Translations under genes and position numbers: made by a program
In this document: positions 17,387 through 26,479 of the stretch, piece by piece
Position numbering within the stretch: the stretch's first letter is position 1
Layout: each line of letters begins with the position of its first letter
Assembly (NCBI GenBank): GCA_040384705.1
Contig: JAZKIU010000002.1
Coordinates: 1-57,534, forward strand
Direction: 5' to 3'
From: Patescibacteria group bacterium
GTDB lineage: Bacteria > Patescibacteriota > Minisyncoccia > Phycocordibacterales > Phycocordibacteraceae
DNA: 57,534 nucleotides
Notes under the pieces: model-generated
Seen by the model: the letters and a program-made list of their open reading frames with translations, nothing else
What the model was told of the DNA's origin: nothing
The model's database searches: none

Positions 17387-17524
17387 TTACTTGCGCTTCT
17401 TTGCTGCCTTGCGCTTGGTCGTCTTCTTTGCAGTAGACTTCTTTGCGGCCTTCTTTGCAGGCTTGCGCTTGGTCGTCTTCTTTGCAGTAGACTTCTTCGC
17501 AACCTTCCTCTTTTTTGCTGCCAT
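17387..17524 (-). CDS. 45-aa lysine-rich basic protein (histone H1/Hc1-like low-complexity DNA-binding type)
   Basis: Hand translation gives MAAKKRKVAKKSTAKKTTKRKPAKKAAKKSTAKKTTKRKAAKKRK*. It is below the 60-aa track cutoff. It contains an internal direct repeat (KKSTAKKTTKRK twice) and is followed by its own terminator. The overlapping 87-aa Arg-rich track ORF is another frame and runs through that terminator. Confidence 0.55.
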   Translation of the reverse strand: MAAKKRKVAKKSTAKKTTKRKPAKKAAKKSTAKKTTKRKAAKKRK

Positions 17525-17656
17525 ATGTCTGGATGAAAATTTCTACAACTAGTATTGTCGACCCACACGCAAATTCTTCCGAAGAAGTTCTTGCACGTGT
17601 GTTCCGTTATTTATTATTGCGCGTGCAGGATTTTTTTGTAACGAAAAAATAAAATG

Positions 17657-17682
17657 TGTGGATAACTTTATAGAAAAGTTTT
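17657..17682 (-). promoter_or_regulatory. Second copy of the TGTGGATAACTTTA...GAAAAGTTTT motif; contains a perfect DnaA-box 9-mer (TTATCCACA on the minus strand)
   Basis: See 10787..10846. It lies about 130-160 nt upstream of the Lys-rich gene. Confidence 0.35.
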
Positions 17683-17707
17683 GCGTAAATATTTCTGCGA
17701 AAAAAAA

Positions 17708-18757
17708 TTATTCACTCGGAATATTCCGTACTTCGCGCTCGATGGTGATGCCGGTCGCGTCGAATACTTTCCGCGCGACTTCGTTCGCGAGCGTGTCGAC
17801 ATCAGACGCACGCGCTTCGCTGTCCGCAACGAGCACGAGCGGCTGATTCTCGAATAGGTGCGCGCGCGCGTTTCCATACCCACGCAGGCCGAGCACCTTA
17901 TCCAGCACGTACGCGAGCGGTATCTTTATCTCTCCTGTTTGACCGAGCGGATACTGCGGTATCGCCCCATGCTGGGCAATGACCTCCCGGAATCGTTCGG
18001 AAAGCTCCGCGTATTTCTCCTTCGTGATAATGGGATTCTTGAAGAAGGAACCTGCCGAGCCATATACCGCGAGATCAGGGAACTTACGTGTCCGTACTTG
18101 GCGGACGGCATCTCCGATGCGCTTCGGCGTATCGAGCGGGATACCTCCCTCGGCGAGCCGTGCCAGGTCGCTATACCCCACCTGCGGCATGTTCTCATTC
18201 CCAAGACGGAGCGTCACCGCAATGATGATGAGATTGGGCTCACGCTTGAAACGGCTGTCACGGTAGCTGAAGCCGCACTCGTCCCGCGGCAAGGTATGAA
18301 TAGTTCCGTCGGAGGCGTCCATGCACACGACCGACTCGAGCGCTCGCTCGAGCTCCATCCCGTACGCGCCGATGTTCTGGACAGGCGCGGCGCCCACCGT
18401 GCCAGGAATGCCGGCCAGGTTCTCGATGCCCCACAGGCCGCGCGTAGCTGCAGCCTCGACCAGCTCGTCCCAGATAACGCCCGCTCCCGCTTCGAGAGTG
18501 GTTACATTCTCATCCTCGACGAATGAGACACCTGGTATGCGCATGCGGAAGATGACGCCTTCGTACCCTGCGTCATGCGCAAGCACATTGCTTCCCTCTC
18601 CGAGCACAGCATATGGAAGCGTTCGTTCACGCGCGAACGCTATCGCTTCCGCCAGCTCGCTCTTCGTATGTATATCTATGACATAGCGCGCAGGGCCCCC
18701 GACGCGAAGCGTGGTAAGTGTCGCGAGCGGGACGTCTTCTCGCACCGTCATCTTCAT
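17708..18757 (-). CDS. murB: UDP-N-acetylenolpyruvoylglucosamine reductase
   Basis: 349 aa. LATLTTLRVGGPARY...LGEGSNVL is the FAD-binding MurB pattern. There is a TAATG overlap with the upstream gene. Confidence 0.94.
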   Translation of the reverse strand: MKMTVREDVPLATLTTLRVGGPARYVIDIHTKSELAEAIAFARERTLPYAVLGEGSNVLAHDAGYEGVIFRMRIPGVSFVEDENVTTLEAGAGVIWDELVEAAATRGLWGIENLAGIPGTVGAAPVQNIGAYGMELERALESVVCMDASDGTIHTLPRDECGFSYRDSRFKREPNLIIIAVTLRLGNENMPQVGYSDLARLAEGGIPLDTPKRIGDAVRQVRTRKFPDLAVYGSAGSFFKNPIITKEKYAELSERFREVIAQHGAIPQYPLGQTGEIKIPLAYVLDKVLGLRGYGNARAHLFENQPLVLVADSEARASDVDTLANEVARKVFDATGITIEREVRNIPSE

Positions 18758-20922
18758 TACGGAAGGCTACCGAGGAACGCCTGGCCCTGCGCTTGCGTCT
18801 CGGGATAGCGGGCCATGGCCGCCTGCGCTTCCATGCGTGCCTCGCGATACCGACCAGCAAGCGCGTACGCGGTCGCCAGTCGATAGCGCGCTGCGGCAGT
18901 GCTGCCTGCGCGCTCGACCGAGAAACGCAGGATACGTATGAGGTCATCGTATCGCTTCGATTCGTAATAAGCGCGGACGAGCGCAGGATGGTCTACGGTC
19001 GTCGTGCCGAAGTGCTCAAGGAGGAGCGCATCCGCTTTGCCATCCTCTCCGGTAAGGAAGTACCCGCTTGCAGCGTATGCGGCTAGATCGGGGAACTGGG
19101 GATCGAGCTCGTATGCAGCGCGGTACACATCTCGTGCTTCTTCGTACTTCCCTGCCGCCATAAGTATGGTCCCGTGCTCAAGGAGGAAGTTCTGCCGCTT
19201 GGGCGATAAGCGCTCGGCCACCCTGACTGCAGCGAGCGCATTCTCGTAATCCCCTATCGTTCGGTAGAGAAGCGCCATTTCTATATACAGCCTGGCATCG
19301 TCCGGAGCGCGCTTTATCTCCTTGCCCATCTCGGCAAGCGCAAGCGTGACGAATTCCGCACGGAGCGTTTCCGGGATATTCGGCTGCGTTACTACCTGAG
19401 CTGAATAGTTTATTAACTGCTCCCGTATCTCCTGCGTCGCGAACGGCTCGTCCTCGAGCGCCGCCTTGAAGCGAGCGAGGTTCTCTGCCGGACCGCCCGG
19501 GAGCGGGGATATGGCATAGACAAGATTGCTTGCCGCGCTCATGTTCGAGACGTTCACGATGAATACCAGGAGCAGCGCGACGACGCATGCGATAGGCGCG
19601 ATGATCGCTTGCGCCTGCCCCCCCTTCGCTTCAGGTAATCGCTCGAGCACCCGCACGGGACGCGCGGAGGCTGCATGGGCCATTGCGAGCACCGCCGCGA
19701 GCGGTACATACGAAAAGAGATTGTCGAATACGAAGAGCGCCTGGAAGGCATACGCCACGATGGCGCCCGTAAGGAATATGCTTTCGGGGCGTGAGATAGG
19801 AGCTCGCAGGAGCGCGAGGACACCTGCCCCGAGCAAGCCGACGAAAAGCAGGAGCCCGGGTATGCCGCCCGCCACCAGCCAGTCGACGAATACGTTATGG
19901 GCCCTATCGAACCATGGCTCCTGGGCGAAGAGCGATGGGCGGTAGTGCTCGTTGAAGACGTAATTGAAGCCTTCCTGTCCGTACCCGATGAGCGGTCGCT
20001 CGGCGATAGCTTCGCCCGCCATCCTCCAGAGCGTGAAGCGGGTCTGTCCTTCGGCGAGCGATATCGAAGCGATACGGGAGAATACGGGGCTCTCGCGTAT
20101 AACGCTTGCATCCCGCGCGAGCCAGAAGCCGCCGATGAGCACGAGTAGCCCGATGACGGCTCCGGCAGCGACGCCGCGCGCGCGCTTTCCGGAACGCACG
20201 AGCCAGAGGAATGCGCAGACAAGGGCCGCGGCAATGAGGCCGATGACGGCACCGCGTGTCGCGGTGTTGAACAGGACGACGATCTCGATGAGCGCGAGCG
20301 CGCCGAGGACATAGCGCATCCGGCCCCGGGACTCGAACGCTTGCCACAGGGTTACCGCTATCGCGAACAGGAGGTATACCGCGAGGTACGTAGCGTTGCC
20401 CAGGGAGGCATCGAGGCGAGCGGTGCTTTGATGGATGGCGAATACGGCTCCGGACGCGCCGCATGCCTGTCCTGCGCAGAGAAGCTGCATCAACCCGTGC
20501 CCGCACACGAATGCAGCAACACCGATGAAGGTCAGCCACCATTTGCGCCACAGGTTCCCCACCGACAGGACGGAGCCTGCGACCACGAAGAACAGGAAGA
20601 GGTGGATGAGGGTGATCCAGCCATCCATGCGCTCGAGATTGCTCCATAAGGCCTTGTGCGCATTTATCGCTAGGATGTCCGCGATGAACATCCATGCGGT
20701 AAAGGCACCGAACACGACCAGCGTCCAGGAGAAGCGGGGACGGTATTTCTTATCGGCTATCGCAAGGACGATGTACGCGACGGCAGCTATCTCGACGAGT
20801 ATACGGAACGCGAAGCCCTTCCCGGTGATGAACGGGAAGAACATGTCATTCGCGACATATAAAGGAAGGAGCGGGACGAGGAACAGTGCAGCGATCGCTA
20901 TCCATCGGGCGGCGTCTTTCAT
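18757..20922 (-). CDS. O-antigen ligase/polymerase-like (Wzy_C) polytopic membrane protein with C-terminal TPR repeats
   Basis: 721 aa. About 12 hydrophobic segments are followed by TPR-like repeats (…YRTIGDYENALAAVRVAERLSP…AGKYEEARDVYRAAYELDP…). Confidence 0.8.
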   Translation of the reverse strand: MKDAARWIAIAALFLVPLLPLYVANDMFFPFITGKGFAFRILVEIAAVAYIVLAIADKKYRPRFSWTLVVFGAFTAWMFIADILAINAHKALWSNLERMDGWITLIHLFLFFVVAGSVLSVGNLWRKWWLTFIGVAAFVCGHGLMQLLCAGQACGASGAVFAIHQSTARLDASLGNATYLAVYLLFAIAVTLWQAFESRGRMRYVLGALALIEIVVLFNTATRGAVIGLIAAALVCAFLWLVRSGKRARGVAAGAVIGLLVLIGGFWLARDASVIRESPVFSRIASISLAEGQTRFTLWRMAGEAIAERPLIGYGQEGFNYVFNEHYRPSLFAQEPWFDRAHNVFVDWLVAGGIPGLLLFVGLLGAGVLALLRAPISRPESIFLTGAIVAYAFQALFVFDNLFSYVPLAAVLAMAHAASARPVRVLERLPEAKGGQAQAIIAPIACVVALLLVFIVNVSNMSAASNLVYAISPLPGGPAENLARFKAALEDEPFATQEIREQLINYSAQVVTQPNIPETLRAEFVTLALAEMGKEIKRAPDDARLYIEMALLYRTIGDYENALAAVRVAERLSPKRQNFLLEHGTILMAAGKYEEARDVYRAAYELDPQFPDLAAYAASGYFLTGEDGKADALLLEHFGTTTVDHPALVRAYYESKRYDDLIRILRFSVERAGSTAAARYRLATAYALAGRYREARMEAQAAMARYPETQAQGQAFLGSLP

Positions 20923-20931
20923 AATACGAGG

Positions 20932-20937
20932 AGTATA
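20932..20937 (-). promoter_or_regulatory. -10 box TATACT, 9 nt upstream of the ATG at 20922
   Basis: The minus strand reads GGTATACTCCTCGTATT-ATG. Confidence 0.45.
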
Positions 20938-20973
20938 CCTTGAAAATAGGCGGTGAAGGGTGCCTTTCCGTGA

Positions 20974-21840
20974 TTATACGCCTTCTGCAGGCTCTGCGAA
21001 TCCTTGGTTCACCCCGAGGATATTCGCGTACGTATCGCCCGACAGCCGTTGCGTGAAGAGAGCCAGGTCCTCTATGGCCGTCACCGTCTTCTTGTTCTCG
21101 TCTATCTCGAACAATCGATAGCCGTACGCCCTGAGGCTCTCGAGCATGCTCATCGGGTTGGTTCCCGACCCTCGGAGGATTGCTGGTTCGTACTCCGTGA
21201 AGAGAGCGCGGCTTTCCCGGAGCGTACGCTCCATGCCCGCGAACGCGCGCGGCTCCGCTCCTTGTATATCGATCTTTATCACCCCGACGTTCGTGACGCC
21301 CCGCTCTTCGAGCCAATCGTCCATCCGTATGGTCTCGACCGGTTGCGTCGTGCCCGATCCCGAGTCATCGATCAATGAATGGTTCCCTTTATTATCCTCG
21401 GATATGAAGAGTGCCCCGGTCCCGCTCGCATCCGACACAGCGCATTGAACTGCCTCTGCAGTGGTAAGGTCATTCGCCTGGATATTCTCCGAGAGGATGG
21501 AGAAATTCTCTCGTTCCGGCTCGAAGGCGAAGACGTGCCCGGCCGCACCTGCCTGCTTCGCAGCGATAAGCGTGTACAGACCGATATTCGCGCCGATATC
21601 GAGCACCGTATCCCCTTCCTGCACGTAGGAACGGAACACTTCCATCTGGAACGGCTCATAGACGCCGAGCATCAAGGCTCCCGATATGACCGGGTCGTGA
21701 GGGTGGAGGAGGAGCCTTCCTTCCGGAAGGGCGACCGACCGCGGAAGGATAAAGAGGAGCATCTTATTCGTCACCCACCGCAGGGGTGCGGGCTTGAGCA
21801 GTCGGGTATACACGAAGGATGCGGCTCCTGCTAGGGTCAT
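20974..21840 (-). CDS. FkbM-family SAM-dependent methyltransferase
   Basis: LDIGANIGLYTL...FAFEPERENF...IKIDIQGAE is the FkbM pattern. The track ORF start at 22017 overlaps the upstream gene. The ATG at 21840 lies 16 nt after that gene's stop. Confidence 0.85.
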   Translation of the reverse strand: MTLAGAASFVYTRLLKPAPLRWVTNKMLLFILPRSVALPEGRLLLHPHDPVISGALMLGVYEPFQMEVFRSYVQEGDTVLDIGANIGLYTLIAAKQAGAAGHVFAFEPERENFSILSENIQANDLTTAEAVQCAVSDASGTGALFISEDNKGNHSLIDDSGSGTTQPVETIRMDDWLEERGVTNVGVIKIDIQGAEPRAFAGMERTLRESRALFTEYEPAILRGSGTNPMSMLESLRAYGYRLFEIDENKKTVTAIEDLALFTQRLSGDTYANILGVNQGFAEPAEGV

Positions 21841-21856
21841 ACGTACCAGTGTACCG

Positions 21857-23122
21857 TTATCGCCGCACGAAGATGACCAGGCGGTAGACGAAGAAGCTCC
21901 ACGTCGAAAGAAGGATGAGGATGAGGAACTGCGCCAAGAGATACCACACAGCGAGATATTCCACGAGCGCATAGAGCGCGACCGCATTGAACACGAGCCC
22001 GAACGCATTATTAGCAAGGAAGAATGCCACCTCCCTACTACGGACCTCGTCGCCAGCCGTGTGCGAGAAGGTCCAGAACTTCTGAAGCAGGAAGCTTACG
22101 ACCACGGCCGCGACAAACGCGACGGATGCCGAGAGCATGTACCACGCCCCGAAGAGTTCCGTGCCCACATACAAGATGCCGAGGTTCGTCGCTGCGGCAA
22201 GAATGCCGCTTGTGGTGAAGCGAGCCAGCTCAAGCACGCGCGACCCCGTGCCTGCGAACGTATCGTCCTTAAAAGAGCGAAGCAGGTCCGCAAAGGCGGG
22301 ATCCATGAGGAGCTCGCGCTCGCGAGCGCGCCAAGCGGAAGCGTGCCATGCGACATCCCCATGCCATCCGTCGAGCGCCGGCTCCGACCCGGGATGGAAC
22401 GCTATCTCCACGCTCTCGGCTCCCTTTCGCCTCGCCTCGCCGAGTGCGCTCGCTACCGCTCCCATCGTGAGCGTTCCGGAAAGCAGGGTGCCGATGAAGT
22501 GGCTGGTGTGGGGCATGCCGTGGCGCGCGGCCGTAGGGCGATTGATAGCGGAAAGGATGTTGAGGCCGAGGTGACGGATGAGGCCCGTGGAAAGATACGC
22601 GAAGGGGAATTCCGTCGCCACGAAGAACGGCTCCCGCGGCATGCGGATGCGCGCGAACGGCGCGCGAACGAGGATGCTGAATACGCACGGGATCATATGT
22701 ATGTGCTGATGGCCGTCGACCGCAAGCGGCGCGTCTCCTATCTCCCTGCGTATCAGTTCTATCTGCGCGCCTATCTCCTTCTCCAACTCCTGCCGCAGTA
22801 TCCTGCGCGTCTTAGGCGATAGCGCATAGCACTTCAGGAGCAGCCCGAACGGGGAGTGGCGGAAGACTCCTCTTGCATCAGCGAGGTGCGGTATATCGTC
22901 TGGCGTCGAGAGCGCGATCCCCTCGGTAAGGTTCAGGTGCAGGGAAAGCGATAGAGTGTCGCTGCGTTTCTTCCATTCCTCGAGCGCGTACATGACCGCC
23001 TGGCCGTTCGGGATAACGCTTACGCACGATAGGGCTCCCCCATCGACCGCTTCGAGGACGGTGTCGGTAGCGCCGCGCGTGAGACCGAAATCATCCGCGG
23101 TAATGATAAGGCGTGCCGGCAT
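21857..23122 (-). CDS. Fusion protein: YdjC/ChbG/HpnK-type carbohydrate deacetylase (N-terminal) + GtrA-like 4-TM domain (C-terminal)
   Basis: MPARLIITADDFGLTRGATDTVLEAVDGG... is the YdjC N-terminal signature. The C-terminal ~130 aa (FTTSGILAAATNLGILYV...LLQKFWTF...VYRLVIF) is GtrA-like. The track start at 23143 is GTG; the ATG at 23122 gives the canonical YdjC start. Confidence 0.85.
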   Translation of the reverse strand: MPARLIITADDFGLTRGATDTVLEAVDGGALSCVSVIPNGQAVMYALEEWKKRSDTLSLSLHLNLTEGIALSTPDDIPHLADARGVFRHSPFGLLLKCYALSPKTRRILRQELEKEIGAQIELIRREIGDAPLAVDGHQHIHMIPCVFSILVRAPFARIRMPREPFFVATEFPFAYLSTGLIRHLGLNILSAINRPTAARHGMPHTSHFIGTLLSGTLTMGAVASALGEARRKGAESVEIAFHPGSEPALDGWHGDVAWHASAWRARERELLMDPAFADLLRSFKDDTFAGTGSRVLELARFTTSGILAAATNLGILYVGTELFGAWYMLSASVAFVAAVVVSFLLQKFWTFSHTAGDEVRSREVAFFLANNAFGLVFNAVALYALVEYLAVWYLLAQFLILILLSTWSFFVYRLVIFVRR

Positions 23123-23129
23123 CGTGCTT

Positions 23130-24071
23130 TTATGCTCGTTCACGCTTCACCACGAATAATGGCCGATTCACCGTGTCCTGATGTATCTTCTCGATATAGA
23201 AGGAAGTGAGCCCGAGGCAGATGAGCACGAGGCCGTTCAGGAAGAGAATCATGACCGCTATCATCCCGATGGGAGATACATCGACGGCGAGCGGATCTCC
23301 GAGAAGCAGCTGCTCGATGATTATGAAAAGGCCGAGGCTGCCCGCGAATATCGTGATGGGGATACCGAGGTACGCGGCGACACGGAGCGGGATCTTGCTA
23401 TGCGAGACGAGCGCGGAGAAGCCGAGCGCTATGAGCTTCCGGTACCCGTAGCGCGCGGTGCCCGTGTGGCGCTTGTCGGCATCGAACGATACATACGCAC
23501 GATGGAAGCCGAGCCAATCGATGAGCCCACGGGTCATCCGTCCATGCTCGGTGAATCGCTTGAACTCGTCGACGACCCTGCGATCGAGGAGTCGGTAATC
23601 GGTCGCTCCGGAGACGCTCGGGACATCGCTCATCACACGCATGAGGTAGGAGAATGTCCGGGAGCTCAGCTTGCGGAATGCGCCTTCGTCGGGATTGCGC
23701 TTGCGCACGCCGATGACCACGTCCGCGCCCTTCTCCCACTCCTGTATGAGCGCGGGGATGAGTGCCGGAGGATGCTGCAGATCGGCGTCCATAAGCACCA
23801 CCGCTTCCCCGTCCGCGTTCGCAATGCCGGCTGAAAGCGCCGCCTCCTTCCCGAAGTTGCGCGAGAGCTCGATGCACGAGACCTGTGCACCAGCGTCCGC
23901 CATGGCTTTAATGACTGAACGGCTCTCGTCAGTACTTCCGTCATCGACGAAGAGCACCTGGTAGTCATACCCCGTAAGGTTCGCGAAGACCTCCCCGATA
24001 CGCCCGTAGAGCATCTCTACATTCCCGGCCTCGTTGAACACCGGGACGACGACGGTTATACGCGTATCCAT
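23130..24071 (-). CDS. GT2 polyprenyl-phosphate glycosyltransferase (GtrB/ArnC/DPM1-like) with 2 C-terminal TM helices
   Basis: VVVPVFNEAGNV...FVDDGSTDES...LMDADLQHPP, with a C-terminal hydrophobic pair. Confidence 0.9.
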   Translation of the reverse strand: MDTRITVVVPVFNEAGNVEMLYGRIGEVFANLTGYDYQVLFVDDGSTDESRSVIKAMADAGAQVSCIELSRNFGKEAALSAGIANADGEAVVLMDADLQHPPALIPALIQEWEKGADVVIGVRKRNPDEGAFRKLSSRTFSYLMRVMSDVPSVSGATDYRLLDRRVVDEFKRFTEHGRMTRGLIDWLGFHRAYVSFDADKRHTGTARYGYRKLIALGFSALVSHSKIPLRVAAYLGIPITIFAGSLGLFIIIEQLLLGDPLAVDVSPIGMIAVMILFLNGLVLICLGLTSFYIEKIHQDTVNRPLFVVKRERA

Positions 24072-24087
24072 ATATAGATGTGCAGAT

Positions 24088-24096
24088 AGTATAGCA
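24088..24096 (-). promoter_or_regulatory. Extended -10 TGCTATACT upstream of the GT2 gene (16-nt leader)
   Basis: The minus strand reads TTGCTATACT-N16-ATG(24071). Confidence 0.45.
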
Positions 24097-24140
24097 ATCG
24101 AGACGGAAGTAAACGGGAGCCGAATACCTCCGCCCGCCCC

Positions 24141-25796
24141 CTATTCCGGGACCGGCACGACGATATGACGGGTCGTAACGACAGCACCCGGAAGCTCCGT
24201 GAACGCGACGAATCTCTCGATGCGCGGAAGGACGAGGAAATGCCCGGAAACGCCCGTCGCGAACCCGAACACCTTCGACACATCCGCGGTCGACAATGCT
24301 TCACGCTGCGCAAGGTATGCTGCGTGCCATTCCACGAGATCAGAACGCGAGAGGAACGTATATGCCGCGCCTTCTTCGAAAGAGGAGTTGAGGTTTGACT
24401 TGCAGTAATAGCGCAAGCCGAAATCGTTGCTCACGATCGTATCCGCTGACGTCGCCCCCATCCGCGCGAGCGCAGCGCAGGTCTCGCGGTATTCGCTCGA
24501 GGATATGTCATCGGGAACGCCCGAAAGCGCCTGCGGTATGTATGCTTCGGTATAGTCCGGATACCCGATAGCGAACTGCGCTATCTCAAATACAAGCGAG
24601 GAACTCCCGATACCGGCCACGACGAGAAGTACCACGATACCTTTCTTGTATCGGTATGCGCTTGCCTGAAACCCCATCCACAGGCTTCCTACCATCGGCA
24701 CCATCGCGATGAACAGCCCGAGATAATAGAACTTCGATATCCGGCTCCATTGCTGGAAGATATAGGACGCGTTCGCATGCTCCATGAGGTAGAGATTGAG
24801 GCCGGGCGCGAGCAGGGCAAGCACGAGCGCTAGGACCATCATGGAAATGCCCCACGTCATGACGATTCTCGCGTGCGGGAACGGATACCGCTTCCGGAAT
24901 GCACGGACACGCGGAAGCAGATAGAAGAATGCGATCGCAAGGACGAAGCATGCGCTCACTACTCCCATGTGCCGGTACCACTGCAAGCTCGCTTCCGGGA
25001 ATTCCCATGCGTTGCGGAAGACCACAGCGCTTACATATGCCGCGGTCGGAGCAGCGGTATCAGCGACCGTATTGGATAGGCGCGAGAATACCTCGACGAA
25101 GAAATACGAACCTGCGGCCATGAACGCGACACCCGACACGAATGCTTCTCGGATGACGGTTACCACTCGCGTGCGTTCGATAAGGCGCGTGACCACAACC
25201 GCGCCGAGCGCAACAAACGCGAAGAGCGTCACCGTTACCGGATGAAGGAAGAGGAAGATCCCGAAGAGGGCGAACACGGGCCAGAGCGGTTGCCGCTCCA
25301 GCATGCGCCGCACCAGGAGACCGCTTCCTAGGAGGAAGAGCGGGAACGCAGCGGACCGTCCGATAGCCTCCCGGAAGGTGAAGACGCCGAAGAATTCTAT
25401 GCCGGCGGCCGCACGCGGAAGCAGCAGGACCACCGCAAGCAGGAGCGCAGGCACCCACGGAAGGAAGATGAGCCGGAATAATGCATAGGCAGCGAGGCCG
25501 GTCGCGAGAATAAGCACGAAGAGGTACAGCGACTTGAAGGCATCGTGGCCAAGCGGCTCATACCATGCGAGCAGCACCTTCGGATGCAGGTACGGACCGA
25601 ATTCGTATCCCTGGAGCATGTATGCGTCCGGCAAATCCCCGTCCCTCGCTTCAAGCGCGCCCGTCAGGTACACCAGCTCGTCATCGCTCTTTATGTGCGG
25701 GGCGGAGAGACTGAGCAGGATGCCCAACGCCGCGATGAGGGCGAAGGTCCCCATGACTACCGCGCTCCTGCGCACGTTCATGACAGAGCGCATCAT
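24141..25796 (-). CDS. Polytopic membrane protein, possible GT-C-type (ArnT/PMT-like) glycosyltransferase
   Basis: 551 aa with more than 10 hydrophobic segments. There is an acidic SDDELVY motif in the first loop after TM1 and a soluble C-terminal ~150 aa. The functional call is inferred from topology and context only. Confidence 0.5.
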   Translation of the reverse strand: MMRSVMNVRRSAVVMGTFALIAALGILLSLSAPHIKSDDELVYLTGALEARDGDLPDAYMLQGYEFGPYLHPKVLLAWYEPLGHDAFKSLYLFVLILATGLAAYALFRLIFLPWVPALLLAVVLLLPRAAAGIEFFGVFTFREAIGRSAAFPLFLLGSGLLVRRMLERQPLWPVFALFGIFLFLHPVTVTLFAFVALGAVVVTRLIERTRVVTVIREAFVSGVAFMAAGSYFFVEVFSRLSNTVADTAAPTAAYVSAVVFRNAWEFPEASLQWYRHMGVVSACFVLAIAFFYLLPRVRAFRKRYPFPHARIVMTWGISMMVLALVLALLAPGLNLYLMEHANASYIFQQWSRISKFYYLGLFIAMVPMVGSLWMGFQASAYRYKKGIVVLLVVAGIGSSSLVFEIAQFAIGYPDYTEAYIPQALSGVPDDISSSEYRETCAALARMGATSADTIVSNDFGLRYYCKSNLNSSFEEGAAYTFLSRSDLVEWHAAYLAQREALSTADVSKVFGFATGVSGHFLVLPRIERFVAFTELPGAVVTTRHIVVPVPE

Positions 25797-26425
25797 AGCG
25801 AGCGGAGATACTCACGCAATTCATCATTCATGGGCGACGTACCTCTTTCTGGCATGGTCCAAAGCGACACACTCTTCACGCGCAGGATGGTGAACACCGT
25901 TGCGGCGTTGCGTCGCACTGCTTCCTCCCACGAAGCGAGCGCTGCGCTCCCCTTCCTGACACGGGGATGCAGCATCGCGTGGGCGGCATGAAATCGATGG
26001 AAATCCCCGGTGCGTGCGAATACGAATGCATCGGCAAGCGGTATCCTTCCTATCCACCCTTCCATCTCCCTATCGGTAAGCACTTGCTCGGGCAAGACGC
26101 AGAGCACGTGCACAAGACCCTCATCGATAATTGCGAGTGTTTCTTCAGGCTGTCGGGATGCCTTCTGATGCTTCGCGCACGCGCGGAGCATCAGATGGAA
26201 CGAATACCAGAAGAGGCCGCGCATATGGTTGCGCGCCACGAACAGGCAAAGCCACGAGAATGAGATCGGATGGGAAAGCGCGAACCCGGTCGCATAGCTG
26301 AGCTCGGGAAGGCGCCGGTACATATCGATGGTCACGAGGGAGACTTCTCCCGGGTACCGCTCGTTATACTCACGTATATGGGTACTCTTGCCGCCGCCCG
26401 GGACGCCGCAGAATTCAACTACCAT
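25793..26425 (-). CDS. P-loop NTPase/kinase-like hypothetical protein
   Basis: MVVEFCGVPGGGKSTHI... carries a Walker A motif. There is an ATGA overlap with the downstream gene start at 25796. The rest of the 499-aa track ORF is antisense to the flippase gene. An alternative in-frame GTG at 26461 lies 5 nt after a TATACT box. Confidence 0.6.
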   Translation of the reverse strand: MVVEFCGVPGGGKSTHIREYNERYPGEVSLVTIDMYRRLPELSYATGFALSHPISFSWLCLFVARNHMRGLFWYSFHLMLRACAKHQKASRQPEETLAIIDEGLVHVLCVLPEQVLTDREMEGWIGRIPLADAFVFARTGDFHRFHAAHAMLHPRVRKGSAALASWEEAVRRNAATVFTILRVKSVSLWTMPERGTSPMNDELREYLRSL

Positions 26426-26479
26426 GGAGGGTGGGGGCGTGCTGGCGCATATATCCTTCACTCTATAGTATAAATCAGA

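Noticed and set aside
17305-17568. 87-aa Arg-rich minus-strand ORF.
   Set aside because: It is an alternate frame of the Lys-rich 45-aa gene. It reads straight through the terminator hairpin at 17353..17369 and ends 10 nt from the secA ATG.
17657-17665. Perfect DnaA box as an indicator of the replication origin.
   Set aside because: Only one perfect and one imperfect box were seen, 7 kb apart. There is no dnaA/dnaN neighbourhood and no cluster of boxes or adjacent AT-rich 13-mer-like unwinding element that I could recognise.
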